A stretch of DNA of 63,750 bases, filler included, from Hyphochytrium catenoides (Eukaryota; Protista; Hyphochytriomycota), in the NCBI GenBank assembly GCA_900088475.1. It is 8 parts of 8 records of this genome, joined end to end, with 100 filler letters (N's around TTAATTAATTAA, not from the genome) between each part and the next. Parts side by side here need not be neighbours in the genome. Positions count along the whole stretch, not along the records: positions 57,280 to 60,420 come from FLMG01000543.1; positions 60,521 to 63,750 come from FLMG01003883.1; 6 more parts are not named here. One strand, written 5' to 3'. The notes under the pieces were generated by a model. That model was not told where the DNA came from and searched no databases. It saw only the letters and a program-made list of their open reading frames with translations. Shown here piece after piece: positions 58,293 through 63,750 of the stretch (its first letter is position 1; each line of letters begins with the position of its first letter). A program made the translations under genes and the position numbers.

Positions 58293-60420
58293 ACAGGGCA
58301 ATATCTTCATCAGTGCCTCCTCCTCTCGACTACCTCGTCTCAGTGTTCACCGCTCTCAAGGGTCTCGCTCTTCTTCCTCATTTCCACTAATAAAATACTG
58401 AGTCTAATAATAATAATCTCTCTCTTCCAGACACAGTGTGGTTAGGAAGAACTATGATGGCTCTATCTTGTAAGAAGCTAAGCAAGGTTCTTTCTTCCTT
58501 TGTATATCTCTTTTTTTCCATCCAATCTCCGTCGTCTCTTCCCCCTCTTCCATTAATCTTAGACCCGTCTGTCTCAACACAGACCTTCTTGAACAACAGT
58601 ACTTATCGTCATCTCGGCAAACCGATCATCCTGCCTCTTCTACTACCGTTTTATGAGAGGAAGAGGGAGGTACTTCCAATTCTACTCATGCGATGAGGAC
58701 AGTAGAAATTGAAGCTTCTTCTTCTTCAGGACTGCTGCACACGACGGAACATCATGGCGCTTCTATTGAAGGTGCAACACCGGGCAAGGCAGGGTCTGGT
58801 GGACCAACTAGACGCTGGATGTGTTGGCCCGGGCCGTATGACGGCGGCGGCGTTCCAACAAAGAGGAACAAAGGTGTCATCCAGACATTGCTGGGTGGAG
58901 TGACGCTGACTAGCGCTTTCCTTTATGTCCTTTCTCTTCTTCTTTCTCTTCTTTTTTCTCCTCCCTCCTTCTCTTTCTTATATTTTATTCTCGAGATGTT
59001 CTTCACTTCCTCTTTCTTCCTAGTCGTTCTCCTTCGCTCTTTTTGCCGCCGTGTCGCTTTTCTTACTTTTTCAAAAAATAAGTAGTTCTCAAGGCTGCAC
59101 GAGAAAGTAGACCACCGTCTCCCGTCTTTCCCGTCTCGTCGGCCCCGGTGGCTCCTTCTGTGGTCGGTGAATGTGCTCCGCCTCTTTCTCACCCTTCTTT
59201 TCTCATTCGGTAGGGAGCATCTTTCTTCCTCCCCTTCGTTGCTTCTGTTTAACTTCCACGTCTGTTTCTCTTAGTTGCTGTGCTGCAGTCACATGCATCC
59301 AAACCATGTTGATGAGCCAGCAGGCAGCCGCAGCGAAACCCGAGAGTTTGTTCTTACGACTGTACTCCCTAGAGACTCTGTTTGAGCAGTCTCCTCTCTT
59401 ACTAGCAGCACAAAAACTTTCTTCTTCCCTTCCCTTCGTCCTTCCACCTTAGTCGTTTGACCCAAGACGTTATAGTAGTGGACTGCGGAAGGCAGACAGC
59501 TGTCGGTGCTAAAGCATGTTGACCAGTTGAGTTCATTGTGCTTGTAGTAGTATCTGTTCTTCGTATCCTCTCAGCCAGGAAGTATTTATATACTATGCAT
59601 CCGCATCAAGCGGCGGGTTCGTGATGAGAGTAGTAGCCGCCAATAGAAGTCCAAGAGTATTAGTAGTAGTGCTCGTCCTCCATCGTGACTCTCATATATT
59701 CTTCTTATGTCGGATCAGTCGAGAAAACGGCATAGGGGGCCGGATCTATCCTCCCCAGCATTTTGCCTCACAAAGGAAGAACCCACACACACGCTAGATA
59801 TGAGTCACATCACTTCATGATGGATACCAGGAGGGTAGTCCCCACACCTCATACCAAGGAGGAGGAGGATGAGTTTATAGGGTTGAGAAAAGGTGAGAAA
59901 TAATAGCAAAGTAGCATTTTTGCCGCCACCGAAGCCAGTTGGTTGGCCATCCGCTAATCTCTATTGTCAATGGTTAGTCTTATCTCGCAGGTTTTCCTGC
60001 GTCTTGCTTGGTTCGTAGCACTCTTTTGATATAATTGGGACGGCAAGATGTGGTGCTAACGTCCAAGCAGCTATAGCCCATCCAGGTGGAGCGTTTTTGA
60101 GTTATTATGAAATGGTGGACGCATTGTTGGTCAAACAAGACGCTCGTCGTCTGCTCTTGGAACTCTGTTCCCGCTTGCCCCTCATCCTTGTTGGTAATCC
60201 AGCTGCCCCTTCACCCAACAGTCGGGGCTGTAGTTCTTGCATTATAACTAGGATCTACTGGCTATTCTCCATCAACGGCGTAAACCTCAGCCATAAGATG
60301 ATCTCTTCGTCGTCCAGAGGCTGTGGCTAGCTTGCACGCACATTTCTGAGCTGGAATATGATGATGCTCCTATCTACCCTCATAATAGTGTAGGTATCTA
60401 TAGTAGGAGCTGGGTGGGAC

Positions 60421-60520
60421 NNNNNNNNNNNNNNNNNNNNNNNNNNNNNNNNNNNNNNNNNNNNTTAATTAATTAANNNNNNNNNNNNNNNNNNNNNNNN
60501 NNNNNNNNNNNNNNNNNNNN
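60421..60520. other. Artificial contig spacer
   Basis: 44 N + TTAATTAATTAA + 44 N. Confidence 0.98.
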
Positions 60521-63140
60521 CCAGATTATGCCCCAGCATGTGCCAACATAAGTGCCAAACAGCATAGATGCTAGCCTACGTTCCAGTCTTACTATACTAT
60601 ACGTGCCAATCTTTTAGGTGTTAGTCTATACGGAGTTACTAGTAGCCTATGTGTCAGCGTAGGCGTCAGGCTAGTAGGTACTGCCATAGAAACTAGCATT
60701 GTACGCGACAATCTCAAATGACATCTAGATACACTGCCTTAGGTGTTAGGTTAAACGGCAGAGTTGAGTGCCACCCTACAGCTTATTAGGTGCCCTCCTT
60801 TGGTGCCAGTCTGCTTCCGGGCGTAGGCGGCAGCCTACCAGGGACTAGCCTGGGTTCCAGCATTGATGTCAGCCTTTGACGCCAGCCTTGGTGCGGAAAA
60901 ATTGTCAAGCCTTGGCGTTGGATTTACGTGCAACCGAACAGCCCATCTAAGTGCTAAGATAGGCGTACAGGTGAGGTGCACACTCCTGCGTGTTGGACTA
61001 GTTGTCGGAAGGGCCCCTCTTTTGCGCCGGTCATGGTGGTAACAACCGTGAGGTGGAGCCTAGATATCAGTCTCGATACTACTAGCCTACGCTTCCAGAT
61101 TAGGTTCAAACTCTTACGTGTTGGTCTAGTTGCTATAGGCCTCCTACTTGGCGCCAGTCATGGTGGCCAGTGGAGGTGGTGCAGCCTAAGTACCACTCTC
61201 GATGCCAGCCTACGACGTGCGAGCGTAGGTGCCAGCCAATAAGTGCCAGCAACTTAGAGTTGTCGGCCTCAAATGGCAGCTGTAGGCCGGAAAAGACCAT
61301 TGTCGGTGTCAAGATGTATACGCCTTGGAGTTGGTTTTGATGCCAGTCTTGGCTGCCAGCCTTAGTAGGTATTAGTCGAACTTGAAGCGTACGTCTCAAT
61401 CTCGGTACTAGGGCAAATAGGTATTAGCCTAGGATGCCACTTGATTGCATGGCGTGGTGCCATCAGTTATTGCCCGCTTTAGACGACCCAAGGTGTCCAG
61501 CACCTCAGATCGCCGGCAGTCGCAGATATAGCTTAATTGGCCTCCTTGGTATCAGCCCCGGCGCCAGGATAGGTGGCGGCCTAGATAAATATTGGAGTTG
61601 CGAGTCTGTTCTTAGCTCCGGTCTTTGGGCCAACGTAATAGTTAAGTACCAGCATTATTGCTGATCTTCTGCCCTCGGTCTATTAGCGTCAACTTGCCTC
61701 GGTGTCGGCCCAGATGTCACCCTTGAGACCACACTTCGTTGCTATCTTGCTTAGGTTATAAATCCTAATACTAAGCGGCATGTAGCAGCTTAGAAGATGC
61801 CAAGCCTCATAGCAGTATTACGTGGAAGCCAACTACCTGTCATACTCACTACCAGCTTTGGTTGTCAGCGTAATTTGTCATCGAGGCTGGCAGGCCACAC
61901 CTGGTGCTAACCTACTAGGTGTGTGCCAATTCCCAGCCTTAGGGCCAGCCTAAATGCCAGCCTTAGGTACCGGCTTCGGAGGCCACTTGGTTCTTGCTCT
62001 TGGTGTCGACGCCTAGGTGCCCACGTATGTTCCAGTCTACTTGTCAGGCTAGCTGTGTCCGGCGTAGTTTTCAGCAAAGATTATTTCCAGAGTACTGAAT
62101 TACCTTCTGCTCACCTGGATGCGTGATAGAGCATGCAGTTTATGACAAGCCTCTGGCTGGGAGCATCAAACTGGCGCTTGACAAAACTAGCCTGGGAGCT
62201 CTCGTTGCCTCATAGCTGGGTCAAGCTGGAGGAGGCTCTTGGGGGGGAGAGATTAGGTCCGTAGCAGTGGGTTATGTGGGCATTTGGCCTAGCGAATGTT
62301 CGAGAGTGGTAGTTGGAGAGCCTCCTGCCTGTTTGGGCCTTACCATTCTCGCCGAAGTGCCTGGGTCTCGGCCCCCATGACGCAGTATTCCGACCTTCTA
62401 ATGAGGAGGAAGAAGTAGGCCCAGAATAGTGAGGCACGGCTACGGGCTGCTTCTGAGTAGTGGGAGCGGATTCACGGCTAAGGCCCTATCCTAGGAGCGC
62501 GAATCCCGGGGTGAGAGGGATATCCCGCGCGTGGAAGAAGCGTTGAAGCCAGAGACCTGCGCTGAGCTCCCAAAGGGTGGTAGCCTTTGTGTTGCCGTCC
62601 TGGGCTTCTCGTTGGAACCATATCCTCTCCAGTAAGCAGCGAAAGCGCGAAGGGGCTCAATATTTCTACTGCGCAGCATGGGTGTAGTCAGCTGTGCCTG
62701 CCCTCTCTATTGCCACTATGTCTTGGTTCTGGGCAGGCGCCAAAGGCTGAGGCTGACCGAGCAAATGAGCCTGAGGAGCGAGGTCAGCCCATCGCCTAAC
62801 GGCGCTAGGAAGACCTAACATCCCCCGATATTTCGCCTAAAGCTAATTGCCTGCCTAGATGTCAACCTAGGTGTCAGTCCCAGTGGCAGCCGACTTACCG
62901 CGGTAGCTTGGTCCCAGGCTAACCTTTCGTGATTGACCATAGTCCTTAAGCAGCGCCAGCTTACCTGCCATTCTAAATGCCAGCCTCAACCTCTTGAATA
63001 GGCCTAGTTGCCGAAATAGGTGCCAGATCTTATCCAGGCTTAGGCCAGCCTGGTATCACTTACCAGCATTGATGATTGACCCAATTTTTTCCAGGACCAA
63101 CCCAGAAGTCCGCTGAGGCGTCAGCACCAAGTGCCGCAGC
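60521..63140. repeat. Degenerate 12-bp-period array, consensus about GGTGCCAGCCTA, interrupted at ~62150-62800
   Basis: Core GCCAGCCT and variants recur at 12-nt spacing, e.g. CCCAGCCTTAGG GCCAGCCTAAAT GCCAGCCTTAGG at 61932-61967. Confidence 0.8.
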
Positions 63141-63750
63141 ACCCAGAAGCGAGCGGCGGTTATTGACCCAACGCTAAGCGTTCATTGGCAGCCACGGCGT
63201 GCCAGAACAAATGCGCTGATATTTTAATAAAGCATCTTCAAAAGTACCCCTTTCTCTTGCTCGCCTACTGCAGAGTTATGATGGTCTTGTGTGCCCTCTC
63301 TTCCTCCCCTCTTTCCGATTGTAAGTGCTGATGAAATCAGCTATGATGACTCCTTTCCTATCTTGATGGTGGACCGGGCATTAGACAGACAAAAGCTTCG
63401 TAGCGGGCTTCTCCTTTTCTTATGCGTGCTTCTATCCTATTTTTATTTCCTTGCCTTTTCTGGAAGTACTAATTCAGAAGCAACAAGAAAAAGCAATGCC
63501 CGTCATCTATACCTTAGGGTGATTCTTGAGACAGAAGAATGCCCGGGATGAGAGGGGACATAATACACTCAAGGGACGTGATAGGGAGCTTGATATCGAA
63601 GAGAAACTGTCAAAAGCAGCGGAAGAAAGAAATACCGGGATAGCTATTGAAGGCTCACCCTATACAACGTATTAGGGGCTAGGAAGCTTTTGTGTAGGAC
63701 CAAAATGTAACTATTGTCACAAACAGAGGTTTCTGTGGTACTTTATTTAG

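Noticed and set aside
14536-60520. Recurring TTAATTAATTAA palindrome as a biological repeat
   Set aside because: Always centred in 44+44 N; it is a synthetic six-frame stop linker.
62377-62799. Stop-readthrough ORF inside the array interruption
   Set aside because: Six internal stops of all three types and no recognisable homology; any stop can be rationalised as C>T.

Overview
Eukaryotic (protist-like) nuclear DNA in the standard genetic code, with GT-AG introns packed with (CT)n/(AG)n microsatellites. It is not one locus: seven artificial 100-nt spacers (44 N + TTAATTAATTAA + 44 N) join eight contigs (1-14535, 14636-17593, 17694-34450, 34551-48724, 48825-56002, 56103-57179, 57280-60420, 60521-63750), so synteny across spacers means nothing. 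Spliced genes reconstructed by hand: an RRM-CCCH-RRM nucleolin/NSR1-like protein with a +1 frameshift in RNP1, an inositol polyphosphate kinase with an N-terminal membrane anchor, a kelch+TYW2 wybutosine fusion, a SERAC1-like hydrolase, EDRF1, TIM50, a small MIT-like protein, GGPP synthase and a small Cys-rich GPI-type protein. Intronless genes: peroxisomal malate synthase, an NRT2 nitrate transporter, a type II membrane thaumatin-like protein and a prokaryote-type GH18 chitinase. There is also a decayed RLE-type non-LTR retrotransposon and a degenerate 12-bp-period array. Best novelty candidates: the surface protein (TM + two unrecognised 8-Cys modules + PTPA stalk + thaumatin-like head), the membrane-anchored IPK, two duplicated 5' splice sites in GGPPS that would each create a premature stop, a recurring C[CG]GAAAGT motif and the 12-bp array. 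Most ORF-track entries are microsatellite artefacts. All family calls are from motif recognition; no database search was run.
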